This document shows positions 1-11,775 of a DNA stretch of 39,155 nt, piece after piece. This stretch comes from Octopus bimaculoides (Eukaryota): NCBI RefSeq assembly GCF_001194135.2, contig NC_068989.1:15347259-15386413 (forward strand). The letters are read 5' to 3'. The position numbers were made by a program, and so were the translations under genes. Under the pieces are notes generated by a model. That model was not told the origin of the DNA, did no database searches, and worked only from the letters and a program-made list of their open reading frames with translations. Position 1 is the first letter of the stretch. Each line of letters begins with the position of its first letter.

Positions 1-530
1 ATATATATATATATATATATATAATGATAATAAATTGTCGATTTAACAGATTTCATTTCAATAATTTAAAGGATTTCTGATATAACGCCCAAATAATTTT
101 AGTAAAATATATTAATAAATATTAAAAAAAAATAACAAATTCTATTCGTTATTTTCGTGGTATCTACTTGTAAATTATCGAATGTGTGTTTCATATTTTT
201 AAGATGCCACTTTGGTAAAAAAACAAAACAACAAAAAATGAGTGGTTACAAAGGAAGTGGGTGATCTGTGTATATGTGTTTGTATGCAACGGTGCGTATA
301 TGCGCGAACGTGTCATTGTGTTTGCGTGTGTATGTATACGTGAGTGGGAGTTTGTATGTAAGTGCGAGCGTTTATGTATCTGTGTGTTTGAATAATTGGG
401 AACAGAATTTTGAGCATATCATATCGTATTTGTTTTAAGTAGGGTGAAGATTCACTTTCGGTCTCTGTCATCATCATATTCTCGAGCAGTTAGGTTATCT
501 AATACTTTTATTATACTTTTATATATACTT

Positions 531-700
531 TTATGATAAAATAAGAACATTATAGCACCTTGCACAGTAGAAAGGATTATAGTACCTTGTGTTCTTCAAT
601 TCCTCAATGGAGCCGTAGGGACAAAGTGTCTTGGGAACTTTTAGACATAGTGGAACCCATCCCTCTACAGCTCTGACTACAATCGGTTTCTTCCAGATAA
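531..700 (-). mobile_element. R4/Dong-type non-LTR retrotransposon 3' end remnant (end of restriction-like endonuclease domain)
   Basis: Minus translation KKPIVVRAVEGWVPLCLKVPKTLCPYGSIEELKNT resembles the P-I-V-V-G-A-L-G...S-I-x-E-L-Q-K tail of R4-clade ORFs; degenerate. Confidence 0.45.
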
Positions 701-761
701 CAAGAAAGATAGAAAAAAAAACGAAAGACAAAAGACACACACACACACACACAGTTATATA

Positions 762-838
762 GGCGTGGCGGTATGGTAAAAAGCTTGTTTCCCAACCTCA
801 TGGTTTCAAGTTCAGTTCCAGTTAGCAAATTTCTTCTA
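762..838 (+). mobile_element. SINE family A, tRNA-like head fragment
   Basis: GGCGTGGCGGTATGGTAAAAAGCTTG...GGTTTCAAGTTCAGTTCC aligns by eye with the head of the 30753 copy. Confidence 0.55.
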
Positions 839-859
839 ATAAAACCACTGACTACCAAA

Positions 860-1080
860 ATATATATATATCTTTGCCTTTTGGAATCTGATTCTGAAGG
901 AATGTTTTTGTGAACTAGTATATGTTTTTAAGTCCAGATATTGTCTTACAAGTTTTTGACATATGGCACAAGCCGTAAGAGGCGGTTGGTGTCCAAGATC
1001 ATTACCTATCTGGGCATTACAATTTTCATGTGACCTCATATGGTTCACGTATCCTGCTTTTGGCAACAGAGCACAGTCTC

Positions 1081-1085
<5 letters not shown>
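860..1085 (-). mobile_element. LINE C-terminal zinc-finger-like remnant
   Basis: Minus translation LPKAGYVNHMRSHENC...TACAICQKLVRQYLDLK has H-x3-H and C-x2-C spacing like C2H2 tails at LINE ORF2 3' ends; bounded by (CA)n and a gap. Confidence 0.4.
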
Positions 1086-1136
<51 letters not shown>

Positions 1137-1990
1137 NNNNNNNNNNNNNNNNNNNNNNNNNNNNNNNNNNNNNNNNNNNNNNNNNNNNNNNNNNNNNNNN
1201 NNNNNNNNNNNNNNNNNNNNNNNNNNNNNNNNNNNNNNNNNNNNNNNNNNNNNNNNNNNNNNNNNNNNNNNNNNNNNNNNNNNNNNNNNNNNNNNNNNNN
1301 NNNNNNNNNNNNNNNNNNNNNNNNNNNNNNNNNNNNNNNNNNNNNNNNNNNNNNNNNNNNNNNNNNNNNNNNNNNNNNNNNNNNNNNNNNNNNNNNNNNN
1401 NNNNNNNNNNNNNNNNNNNNNNNNNNNNNNNNNNNNNNNNNNNNNNNNNNNNNNNCATAGTTTACGATAAATTCTTTATTATAAAGCTAAATAGAATAAG
1501 TTTATTCTTTTAAAGATAGCAATAAAAAAAAATCAATCACATCTGAAGATAATATTCTAAAAACGTTGTAGCTTAAAAAAATATCAATGCCTTAGCGGCG
1601 TTTTTTAAAAAAAGCTTTGCATTATAAAGTGGGCAGCTAAGAATTGAAACTGAAGTTAATGGGAATAAAAAATATATGCAACTTTTCTGATAAAACTTCA
1701 TATGAATAAACAATGTTATAAACATAAGTAATATTTAAGTATGCAAGTGAAAAAAAAAAAAAAAAAACTTGCTAAATTCTTAAGATTTGGTTGAATAAAA
1801 AGAAGATCGCAGCTAAATTGAAAATCACAGTTATAGAAAAATCGGTGCATTCCTTTTCAAGTTAGCTATTTTTAACTAAACGCGCTCGCGTGCACGCTGA
1901 TGTTTATATACAAATTTCCATGAATACTACCCTACAGAAGTATTGAATTTTCTGTTTCGTCGCTATTATGACGTTGATAACACTACGGTT

Positions 1991-2138
1991 GGTTGTGTGG
2001 TACGAAGTTTCCTTCACAACTTTATGGTTTCGGGTTCAGCGCCACTGTGCGGATCGTTGAGCATATGTCTTTTACTATAGCACCGAACTGAAATCTTTGT
2101 GAGTGGATTCGGTTAACGGAAACTGAAAGAAGGCCGTC
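1991..2138 (+). mobile_element. SINE family A, 5' half
   Basis: GTGTGGTA...CGGGTTCAG.GCCACTG...CTATAGC...TTGTGAGTGGATT...GGAAACTGAAAGAAG matches the 30753 copy. Confidence 0.75.
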
Positions 2139-2149
2139 ATATATATATA

Positions 2150-2411
2150 GGTAATCTTCAAGTTTAGGGGGATAAAAAAAATAAATAAAAATATTCAAGG
2201 GAAATAACTGAACGACTTACCAGTATTATCCGTTTTCTTCTAGCTGTTTATAAATAAATCACACCCTAACCCTAATCCTAACCCTAACGTCAATCAAATC
2301 ACGTGTGTGATTTATTTATAAACAGAGATGTACAGAGAATACTGGTAAGACGTTCAGTTACTTCCCTTGAATATTTTTTTTTTTTTAATCCCCCTAAACT
2401 TGAAGATTACC
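2150..2411. mobile_element. Foldback MITE, about 260 bp, with long imperfect inverted arms, TA-repeat flanks and CCCTAA repeats in the loop
   Basis: Left arm GGTAATCTTCAAGTTTAGGGGGAT...AATATTCAAGGGAAATAACTGAACG.CTTACCAGTATT...CTGTTTATAAATAAATCACAC is mirrored by GTGTGATTTATTTATAAACAG...AATACTGGTAAG.CGTTCAGTTACTTCCCTTGAATATT...ATCCCCCTAAACTTGAAGATTACC. Confidence 0.85.
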
Positions 2412-3171
2412 ATATATATATANNNNNNNNNNNNNNNNNNNNNNNNNNNNNNNNNNNNNNNNNNNNNNNNNNNNNNNNNNNNNNNNNNNNNNNNNNNNNN
2501 NNNNNNNNNNNNNNNNNNNNNNNNNNNNNNNNNNNNNNNNNNNNNNNNNNNNNNNNNNNNNNNNNNNNNNNNNNNNNNNNNNNNNNNNNNNNNNNNNNNN
2601 NNNNNNNNNNNNNNNNNNNNNNNNNNNNNNNNNNNNNNNNNNNNNNNNNNNNNNNNNNNNNNNNNNNNNNNNNNNNNNNNNNNNNNNNNNNNNNNNNNNN
2701 NNNNNNNNNNNNNNNNNNNNNNNNNNNNNNNNNNNNNNNNNNNNNNNNNNNNNNNNNNNNNNNNNNNNNNNNNNNNNNNNNNNNNNNNNNNNNNNNNNNN
2801 NNNNNNNNNNNNNNNNNNNNNNNNNNNNNNNNNNNNNNNNNNNNNNNNNNNNNNNNNNNNNNNNNNNNNNNNNNNNNNNNNNNNNNNNNNNNNNNNNNNN
2901 NNNNNNNNNNNNNNNNNNNNNNNNNNNNNNNNNNNNNNNNNNNNNNNNNNNNNNNNNNNNNNNNNNNNNNNNNNNNNNNNNNNNNNNNNNNNNNNNNNNN
3001 NNNNNNNNNNNNNNNNNNNNNNNNNNNNNNNNNNNNNNNNNNNNNNNNNNNNNNNNNNNNNNNNNNNNNNNNNNNNNNNNNNNNNNNNNNNNNNNNNNNN
3101 NNNNNNNNNNNNNNNNNNNNNNNNNNNNNNNNNNNNNNNNNNNNNNNNNNNNNNNNNNNNNNNNNNNNNNN

Positions 3172-3219
<48 letters not shown>

Positions 3220-3744
3220 TAATCTATTTGCTCGTTCACCCGTTATACACAAGTTCGTTTGAGAGGTGGAGTGAGAGAGAGAGAGAGAGAGAGAACGGTG
3301 GTGGTGTGTTGATACTAAGAAGTTTTTTTTATTGAACTAATTTATTTTTTAAACCGACCATCGCATAGGCATAAGGGCAATTATTTACAGTCTACTCGTT
3401 TAAATCATTGATATTTGTTTATAAGAGTTAATTTAGCCTAAACTCTGGACTCACTAGAAACACAGTTGCAAGCTGCTCGAGAAAGGTCGCGCAGATATAG
3501 AGCACAGATCAGAGAAGAACACCGAACAGATAAAGTAAAAAGTTAAAAGACAACACTGACGGAGATGTGAGTAAATGAATGTAGACGAACGTCAAGAATA
3601 TTTAAAGAAAGCTAAACTATGAATGCTATAAAAACGCAAATTATCCTTTCTTTCTTAAATAGGTCCTCTTAATCTTTTCCATTCAGTGGAATTTACACGG
3701 GTTCCATTAGTGTATCGCTAGCCACTACGCATTCTTCATTTTCT

Positions 3745-3880
3745 CTCGTTGTTTCCTTCTGTAGAAGAGCGTAGGCTCGAAACGTTAAAGACTTTTTCAC
3801 TTCCCGAGCGTTAAACTAATACATCTGTTTGTTGTCTACGCCACCTGTCTTCGTCTTTTGTTTTTTTTGTGAATTCTCCC
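3745..3880 (+). mobile_element. Penelope-like pLTR-type repeat fragment with a hammerhead-like core
   Basis: CTGTAGAAGAGCGTAGGCTCGAAACGTT: GAGC/GCTC hairpin followed by GAAACGT, an arrangement typical of Penelope-like terminal repeats. Confidence 0.4.
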
Positions 3881-4539
3881 CCTATGTGTGTGTAAGCGTG
3901 TATATACATACATATATATACATATATAAGTATGCATATGCATACACATATACACACACACATATAAATGTGTGTGTATGTATATATATGTATATGTATA
4001 TGTGTGAGTGCATGCGTGTGTTCTGCAACGTTAAGAGCTTGATAGAATTTACTTAAAGCTGGCTTTCTCGATTACAGATATACTATATAAATATATTTTA
4101 TAAAATACATCAATTCTAAACATCTGAAGATATAAATTGCATTTCAGTGTTATAATCGCAATGTAAATATTATGTGATGCAATTTGTAATTGAAAATTAT
4201 CGAAAATGTAAGGAAGAATACAAAAATAGTCGACTTGTGAAAACAAGAGGTGCCCACATATAAAAAAGTGCAATATAAACGAAAAATTATAGACGTAGAA
4301 GGTCCGCGTGAGCGTGCGATTAGTATCTGACAAAGAGCAAAAGTAAAATAGAAAACAACAACAAAAAAATGGATAGGTTCACAGTCGATGTTTTTACCTT
4401 GACACTCGTGGAGGAACGAAGGAATTAATAGCTATACGGTTTAGCATAATTTTCTTATTCGGTGAGCGGTAAAAGAGGAGGAAAAAATTCACATCGTTCT
4501 TTAGCTTTCGAATGATTCCACCCCTAGGCGAGCAGGCTA

Positions 4540-4725
4540 ACATTCTCAGCTTATCGGAAGGCTATTCCGTCGCAGGGTTACCAATTTCCAGCTGAATGGA
4601 CGGGAGCAACATGAAATGCAGTGCTTTGCTCAAGTACACAACGTGCCGCTCGGTCCGGGAATCGAACCCACAATCTAGCTATCGTAAGTGCAACACCCTG
4701 ACTACTGGGCCACGCATCTTCACAC
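4540..4725 (-). mobile_element. tRNA-derived SINE 5' fragment
   Basis: Reverse complement gives GTGGCCCAGTAGTCAGGGTGTTGCACTTACGATAGCTAGATTGTGGGTTCGATTCCCGGACCG, with Pol III A- and B-box-like motifs; related to the 23960-24080 copy. Confidence 0.7.
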
Positions 4726-5161
4726 ACATTTCTTCAAGCACTTGTACCTGTATTACAGTAAATTATCACTCATTTTTTCATTTAACTGTTGTTTTTAAAC
4801 TTGCACAAAGATAATTATTGATTTCTCCAACTAATTTGATTTCCTCTAATGTCAGTTAACTTTGATCTTTTTTATTATTGCGTTACATGTGTTCATATGG
4901 TTCACCTACATATATTTTTCATTCTTCTTATTATATAACTCTAATACGCAAACCTTTGAGCGCATATTGTAATATCGTTTCACTTCCTACTTTCATGCAA
5001 GCAACATGGACTAAGAACCTTTTAAGAAAATACGAAATCGCAATATTTTCACCAATTTCAATCATGATAGGTGAAATGCAAAACCGGTCGAGTATAATGA
5101 TATTTTAACCTTTAAATTATATTAGAAATATATAAATTGCGTGCATTTTACTTCTTTCATT

Positions 5162-5192
<31 letters not shown>

Positions 5193-5361
5193 ATATATAG
5201 TCACAATGAGGATATTTAAACCTCTTATAGGGATATAAATCCAAGATACACTGGTTTAATATATTATTTCTTCAACGAATATATTATATAAAATATGGTA
5301 AATGATTGATATTTTACAATATATATATACGATATATTGATATNNNNNNNNNNTATATATA

Positions 5362-5631
5362 CCGACCAAAGCCATGTGAGTGGATTTGGTAGACGGAAAC
5401 TGAAAGAAGCCCGTCGTATATATATATATTGTGTTTGTGTGTTTGTGTTTGTCCCCCCCAACATCGATTGACAACCGATGGTAGTGTGTTTACGTCCCCG
5501 TAACTTAGCGGTTCGGCAAAAGTTAACGATAGAATACTAGGCTTACAAAGAATAAATCCTGGGGTCGATTTTCTCAACTAATGGTGGTGCTCCTGCTTGG
5601 CCACAGACAAATGACTGAAACAATTAAAAGA
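5362..5631 (+). mobile_element. SINE family A, 3' two-thirds
   Basis: CCGACCAAAGCC.TGTGAGTGGATTTGGTAGACGGAAACTGAAAGAAGCCCGTCG...GTAACTTAGCGGTTCGGCAAAAG...CCTGGGGTCGAT...GACTGAAACAA matches 30753-31161. Confidence 0.9.
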
Positions 5632-5789
5632 ATATTACGTAGCGCTACTTGCCGTTTTATTTCTTTTATTTGCACAGATTCCAAATGTACTAGCTGACCT
5701 TTAATACATCCGTTATATAATTTGAATATTGCTTAGACATTTCTTATTAGTCAATACACACTTTATATTATTAGTATTTTTAATTGACC

Positions 5790-6060
5790 AAAAGTGGCGA
5801 ATTGACAGAATCCTTAGAATGGCGGATAGAATGTTTTGCTTTATTTGTTCCTACTCTGAGCTCCTTAAAATCCCGCTGAAGCTAACATAGTCTTTCATTC
5901 TTCCAGGGTCGATAAACCAATATCAATCCCAGGCAATGGATTGGTAGAACTCTAAGAACGTTAGGCAGGAAGCCTTGCGGTATTTGTTCCGGCTTTTTGC
6001 GGAGTTCAAAACCCTTCAGGGGTGATAGAGTTAGCATAGAGCCTTTATCAGAGTCAACTT
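5790..6060 (+). mobile_element. Two degraded SINE family C fragments
   Basis: GGCGGAATTGACAGAATCCTTAG...CTTTCATTCTTCCAGGGTCGATAAA and a second GGTAGAACTCTAAGAACG...GAGTTCAAAACCC...GAGTCAACTTT match the 33813 copy. Confidence 0.55.
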
Positions 6061-7170
6061 TATAGCATGCATTCGGACCAGGTCTCCAGTTTGAGGATAA
6101 TCTCAGCCCTGTTTCAACAGTCTCGAAGTTGTAAACGGATTCAGGAATACTGCCTTCCATCCTGATTAAAGGATGAAAAAGACTATTTAATTTACATGAC
6201 TATCTAAATGAGTAAATGATATGAATACATAAAAATAGACAAACCTTTAAGCAATGCAGGTGAGGAGTTAGGCAAGATATGTAAGGTGGTACCAATAAAT
6301 AAAATCAAAGAGAAGATATTGTATTACCTTACAAAAGATATTTAATGTTTCTGTGTGATTTCGGGAAAGATCCCCCTTATCAAATATAAGATAGTAAATA
6401 TTCCAAATGTTCGACAGGCCATTCTGGTGTTCTGTGAGCTGATAATAAGAGTTTTCTCCAAACTTTTGGATTATTTCCTTTCTTAAAAGATAAGATGCAT
6501 TTTTCTCATTTCCCATACCTTGTTTCAACTTATTTTTTAATTTGCGCATTCTTTGCTGTAATAGATTTTCTGTAAAACCACAACTTAAATTCAATATATT
6601 ACGAGCTCTACTAGTTTTTACAATTCAAGTATTTTCACTTTCTTCTTTCCATTTCCAATGATTTTTAGTTACAAAAGGAATCATATATTTACATAAAGAT
6701 TACGATATTAACAACACAGCTCATTTTTAGACAGTTAGATTTACTTCTCGTGAAGTTTTTAATAAAACACTTTTTGCAGAAAGAAGGCAATCTTTAGATA
6801 AATTCTATGACAATTCTCAGCTTTCTTCTTACGTTCAATACAGATATTTATATGTATAGATATTTATATATGTGTATCTATATCTGTAAACACACCCAAT
6901 CGCGTGAACACAAATATTCACATACATATTTCACACTTATACATGCACACATACATACTACACACGCATATAAACACACACATGTATTGTATTATCTCAA
7001 CTGAATTTGGTTCACATTTAGTGGTACAAGTCTATGGTTTTAGCTTCTTTAAAATTTCGCATTATGGCCATTTGAACTGATACAGTCATACAAAGTGCAA
7101 TTTGCACCTGATAAAAAAACATTTCAGCTGAACTGATTGTTGCATTGTGCTGGATTCAAATACACAAACA

Positions 7171-7208
<38 letters not shown>

Positions 7209-7279
7209 CGAGGATGTATCTCGTCCCTATGATGGAATTTAGGTGGGTTTGCTCTTGAATAGCAAGTCACTGCCTGTGA

Positions 7280-7400
7280 TCTCAGCCATCCAAGTACTTT
7301 CCAATGATCTTCGGCGTTCCCAACAAGCAGGCCTGTTGCAGGTATTCTATGTGCTTCTGCAAGCCGATATTTCAATCTTTTCCATACGGTGCCTCCCCCA
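7280..7400 (-). mobile_element. R4/Dong LINE extreme 3' end remnant
   Basis: One minus frame reads EYLQQACLLGTPKIIGKYLDG*, matching the L-Q-K-A-x-L-L-G-T-A-R-I-x-R-K-V-L terminus of R4-clade ORFs. Confidence 0.55.
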
Positions 7401-7471
7401 CACACAAACGCACACACACGCGCACATATATTTGTATATTTTTTTCATATAATCGAGCAGTATATTACAGG

Positions 7472-7522
<51 letters not shown>

Positions 7523-7719
7523 NNNNNNNNNNNNNNNNNNNNNNNNNNNNNNNNNNNNNNNNNNNNNNNNNNNNNNNNNNNNNNNNNNNNNNNNNNNNNN
7601 NNNNNNNNNNNNNNNNNNNNNNNNNNNNNNNNNNNNNNNNNNNNNNNNNNNNNNNNNNNNNNNNNNNNNNNNNNNNNNNNNNNNNNNNNNNNNNNNNNNN
7701 NNNNNNNNNNNNNNNNNAT

Positions 7720-8510
7720 TCGATGCAGGAGCTGTGAAATCTTACATGCGTTAATTTCAGCCCTTCTTATTAATAACTGCATTATTTCTTTCCACGTAAA
7801 TTGATCCCTGACTGTTGAAAGTAAACTTCAAAAGGAACTAGTAGCGACGTCTCTTGAAAATGGACAAACTTTGACATTGTGGTGTTATCAAGTGCCAGCA
7901 GAAAAAGGGTTTGGCCTCCAAGGACATACATGCTGGCATGGTTGCTAAATTAGGGGATGACACTCCAGCTTTATCAACAGTGCAAAGTGGACAGCTGAAT
8001 TTAGCGGGGGGGGGGGGAAAGGGGCAGTGTTGAAGGTGATCCAGGGTCTGGACATTCTGCGACTGTTACCACCGAGGAAAATACTGATGGTGTTCACCAC
8101 TTGGTGATGGATGACAGGCGATTGACAATAAATCAAATAGCCAGTACTATTAGCATATGCCGTGAAAGAGTTGAGAATATTTTGTCCAATGAGCTTGGCA
8201 TGACGAAGGTTTCTACTCGGTGGGTGCCACGTCCTTCCACACCTCATCAAAAACGAACCAAGCTGATCACATGACGAGTAAGTCAGACATTTTTTCAGGC
8301 AGATGGAGCTGGTTTCTTTGAACGTTTCCTAACCCAGGATGAGTGTTGAGTTCATCACTTTGAGCCAGTGAAAAGGAGACAGTCCATGCAGTGGAAACAC
8401 CCCCACAGCTCAAGCATCACATCTACATAGACGACCTATGAACTTTTACAGTCACCTGCTCCAGAGGAGGTCAAAGCAATTTCATCTGCAGGGTAGGTGG
8501 TAGCCTCAGC
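7720..8510 (+). mobile_element. Mariner transposase fossil (N-terminal HTH to the first catalytic Asp), frameshifted
   Basis: From ATG at 7860, patched frames read MDKL...GVIKCQQKKGLASKDIHAGMVAKLGDDTPALSTV...EGDPGSG..ATVTTEEN.DGVHHLVMDDRRLTINQIASTISICRERVENILSNELGMTKVSTRWVPR...FLTQDEC*VHHFEP.KRRQSMQWKH...SSAG*VVAS. This includes the WVPxxL-like and T-x-D-E motifs. It is broken by a poly-G run near 8006-8017, stops, and a (TA)n plus gap. Confidence 0.9.
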
Positions 8511-8540
8511 TATGTATATACATGTATATATGTATATATA

Positions 8541-8591
<51 letters not shown>

Positions 8592-8957
8592 NNNNNNNNN
8601 NNNNNNNNNNNNNNNNNNNNNNNNNNNNNNNNNNNNNNNNNNNNNNNNNNNNNNNNNNNNNNNNNNNNNNNNNNNNNNNNNNNNNNNNNNNNNNNNNNNN
8701 NNNNNNNNNNNNNNNNNNNNNNNNNNNNNNNNNNNNNNNNNNNNNNNNNNNNNNNNNNNNNNNNNNNNNNNNNNNNNNNNNNNNNNNNNNNNNNNNNNNN
8801 NNNNNNNNNNNNNNNNNNNNNNNNNNNNNNNNNNNNNNNNNNNNNNNNNNNNNNNNNNNNNNNNNNNNNNNNNNNNNNNNNNNNNNNNNNNNNNNNNNNN
8901 NNNNNNNNNNNNNTATGTATGTATGTATGTATGTATATATGTATGTATGTATGTATG

Positions 8958-8989
<32 letters not shown>

Positions 8990-9567
8990 CATGTATGTAT
9001 GTATGTATGTATGCATGCATGTGTGTGTGTGTATGTATGTATGCATGTATGTATGTATTCTCTTAACTTGAATTTTGTATTAAAACATTTAGCATGTTAT
9101 CTTCACATGTGGCTGTTATTTTTTTCGTTATCTTGATTTTCTTCATTCAATTTTTCTAACAGAAATATATAACAAAATATAAAATCAGTTTATTATATTT
9201 TGCAATATCATGTTCTCGTCTCACGTATTTAATATAAATTCATTCATTTTTACACAGAAATAAAATGAGTAGAAAAAGTGTTTTTTTTTTCTATAATACT
9301 TAGTTTTCTTTTCTGGTTTTGTCTAACCGTGAAAATTTTCTAAATTTACAAATTAAAAAATGTTTCAGACCACCTTTATATTTTTAATAATAAATTTGCT
9401 TTTGAATCAGTATTTCTTCATATTTTTTTTCCTCTGGCAGTTAACACATATATGAATAGACTCACACATTCACACATGTATATGTGTACATATGTATCCG
9501 TGTGTGCCTGTGAGTATGCAGACAAATTTACGCGCATATACATAAAGATATATATTGATATATATTT

Positions 9568-9616
<49 letters not shown>

Positions 9617-9702
9617 NNNNNNNNNNNNNNNNNNNNNNNNNNNNNNNNNNNNNNNNNNNNNNNNNNNNNNNNNNNNNNNNNNNNNNNNNNNNNNNNNNNN
9701 NN

Positions 9703-9757
<55 letters not shown>

Positions 9758-9989
9758 GTATATATGTCCATACATACATGCATACATTATATATATATAT
9801 ACATACACACACATATATATATATATATATATGTTGTTTGTATGTATGTAGGTATGTAAAAGCAAATTGATACCTCTCATTATACCGTTGTATTTGTGCG
9901 GACACCACCTGGTGTTTCAAACTTGTTAATGTATTATTAGTTTTCATTTCAGACAAGAGTATAGTGGTTTCAAAATCTTGAAAAAAGCC

Positions 9990-10160
9990 AGCAGTTTGTG
10001 GGGAGGTGCTAAGTCGATTAAATCGACCCCAGTGCTCAACTAATACTATCGAACCCCAAAAGAAATGAGAAGTATAGTCGATCTCGGCGGAATTTGAACT
10101 CAGAACGTAACGACGGACGAAATGCCGCTAAGCATTTCAGCCAGCATGCTAACATTTCAG
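9990..10160 (-). mobile_element. SINE family C
   Basis: AAGTCGATTAAATCGACCCCAGTG...CTCGGCGGAATTTGAACTCAGAACGTAACGACGGACGAAATGCCGCTAAGCATTTC is the reverse complement of the 33813 copy. Confidence 0.85.
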
Positions 10161-10199
10161 ATAACAGTATATTAATTGTTTATAGCAACCAGTCATGAT

Positions 10200-10540
10200 G
10201 CGAAAAACCAGGACGAAAAGAATTGTCTGATTTTTAACGAGGACGTATTGTGGGTCAGTCTGAACGTGCACAAAATTTGGGTTTCCTGTTGTCACAGTCA
10301 AGCGATTGATTGTAGAATTCTCCTGCAAAGAAAGGAATCAACAACATCCGGTCAGTTGGACCTGGGCCCTCTGACAGGTGTTTTCGGGCTGTGAAGCCGA
10401 TTGTTGAAAATAAGGCAACTGATGTTACAGAACAATTCAAAATGAGTGAGCACTTGTGTGAGGTATCTCCATCAACTAGGCTAATGAGATAAAAATAATA
10501 ATACATTACCAAGTTTGACGCACTAGGTTATGTCCGCTCT

Positions 10541-10610
<70 letters not shown>

Positions 10611-10970
10611 TATATAAAACATTTAGTTTTATATAAGAATATAACTTCTTTAAGAATCTTTCTCAATAATACTTAGTTTTCTTCACTGCTCAATAGAACA
10701 ATGATATTTTTTCTCAAAAATCATCATTCATCTCTTTCCCCATTTCAGGGAAAGTTTATGTTTGGAGTTAGCCCAAAGAAGATTTCAACCCTAACTGTTT
10801 GGACGATGCCGTGAAGCATAGAAGTAACTATGTGATGATATGGGGAGCCATATCACGGAAATTTCTTGTCCTTTAGTTGTTCTAAATGCTAGAGCTAACG
10901 TGAAAAGTTATCTGAGTATTTTGGCTGATCACGTCCACAGTACAAACATTGTTCCGTGATGGATTACTGG
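10200..10970 (+). mobile_element. Tc1-family transposase fossil interrupted by a (TA)n tract
   Basis: 5' part reads ELSDF*RGRIVGQSE...GFPVVTVKRLIVEF (Tc1 HTH start). After the (TA)n at about 10545-10600 it reads VYVWS*PKEDFNPNCL..AVKHRSNYVMIWGAIS...YLSILADHVH (Tc1 VKHGGGSVMxWG motif). Confidence 0.75.
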
Positions 10971-11285
10971 TTCAGCACTCAAAATGGCAGGATCTACATA
11001 AATTAACATATCTTAACCGCACACTCCAGCCATTGCGGTTGAAATATATAAAGGCTACTCAGTTTCTCTTTTCGCATTGTTAGAAGTTCTCCTTATTCAG
11101 CAGCTCGCCGAAAATAAAATACGGAGTGACAGCGCTAAGAAGTTATGCGTATAAATACAAATTTGTTACCACTTCAAATATGATTGAGGCCTCCTCGAAA
11201 GAAAACTATTCACTGTATTTTGTCTCAAAGAAAATTTCTCACTGTAAACAAATAAGTTTCGATTAGGGAGCAAATATTTAAGAAA

Positions 11286-11525
11286 AAGTGGAAGTGGATT
11301 GGTTGCACAATTAGAAAAGACACACCAAATGTAGCGAAAAGTGCTTTACAGTGGAATCCGGATGGATATAGAAAGAGGGGTAGGCCTAAGAACTCGTGGC
11401 GTAGATCAACACAAAATGAACTAGAGAAAGGGGGACATTCATGGCAGAGTATAAGTACAGAGGCGAAAAATTATGCGACATGGAATTCAATTATAAGTGG
11501 CCTTACTCCGCGTTGGAGGATTAAA
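11286..11525 (+). mobile_element. RTE-clade LINE 3' end
   Basis: Open frame KWKWIGCTIRKDTPNVAKSALQWNPDGYRKRGRPKNSWRRSTQNELEKGGHSWQSI...W matches the W-x-W-I-G-H...W-N-P-x-G-x-R-K-R-G-R-P-K-x-T-W-R-R C-terminus of RTE-like ORF2. Confidence 0.8.
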
Positions 11526-11555
11526 GGCAAAAAAACCCCAAAAAACAAAAACAGA

Positions 11556-11775
11556 TACGAGGGGTGGTGGTGAAAAGTTCTTGGCTTTAATGGTATCACG
11601 AAAGACAGGTTGGACGCCCAACCTTCCGAGTTCTTTTACACGGCTTAGGAAAACTGAAGGATCGCTCCAATAAGTGTGTCAATCTAAGAGGGGAATAAGC
11701 TGAATAAAATTATAATTAACTGATCCTCCTGTATTTTCTTTTATCCAAAGCTAGGAGCTTTTCAGCATCCCTTCG
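11556..11775 (+). mobile_element. Mariner-derived MITE (about 220 bp)
   Basis: Starts TACGAGGGGTGGTGGTGAAAAGTTCTTGGCTTT and ends AAAGCTAGGAGCTTTTTCAGCATCCCTTCG (imperfect TIRs). Internal LKDRSNKCVNLRGE resembles a mariner C-terminus. Confidence 0.7.

Noticed and set aside
6328-6569. Direct identification as GPCR exon 2
   Set aside because: The phase fits, but the peptide lacks the conserved C5, NGxW, WxNY and C6 residues; kept only as an unexplained candidate exon.
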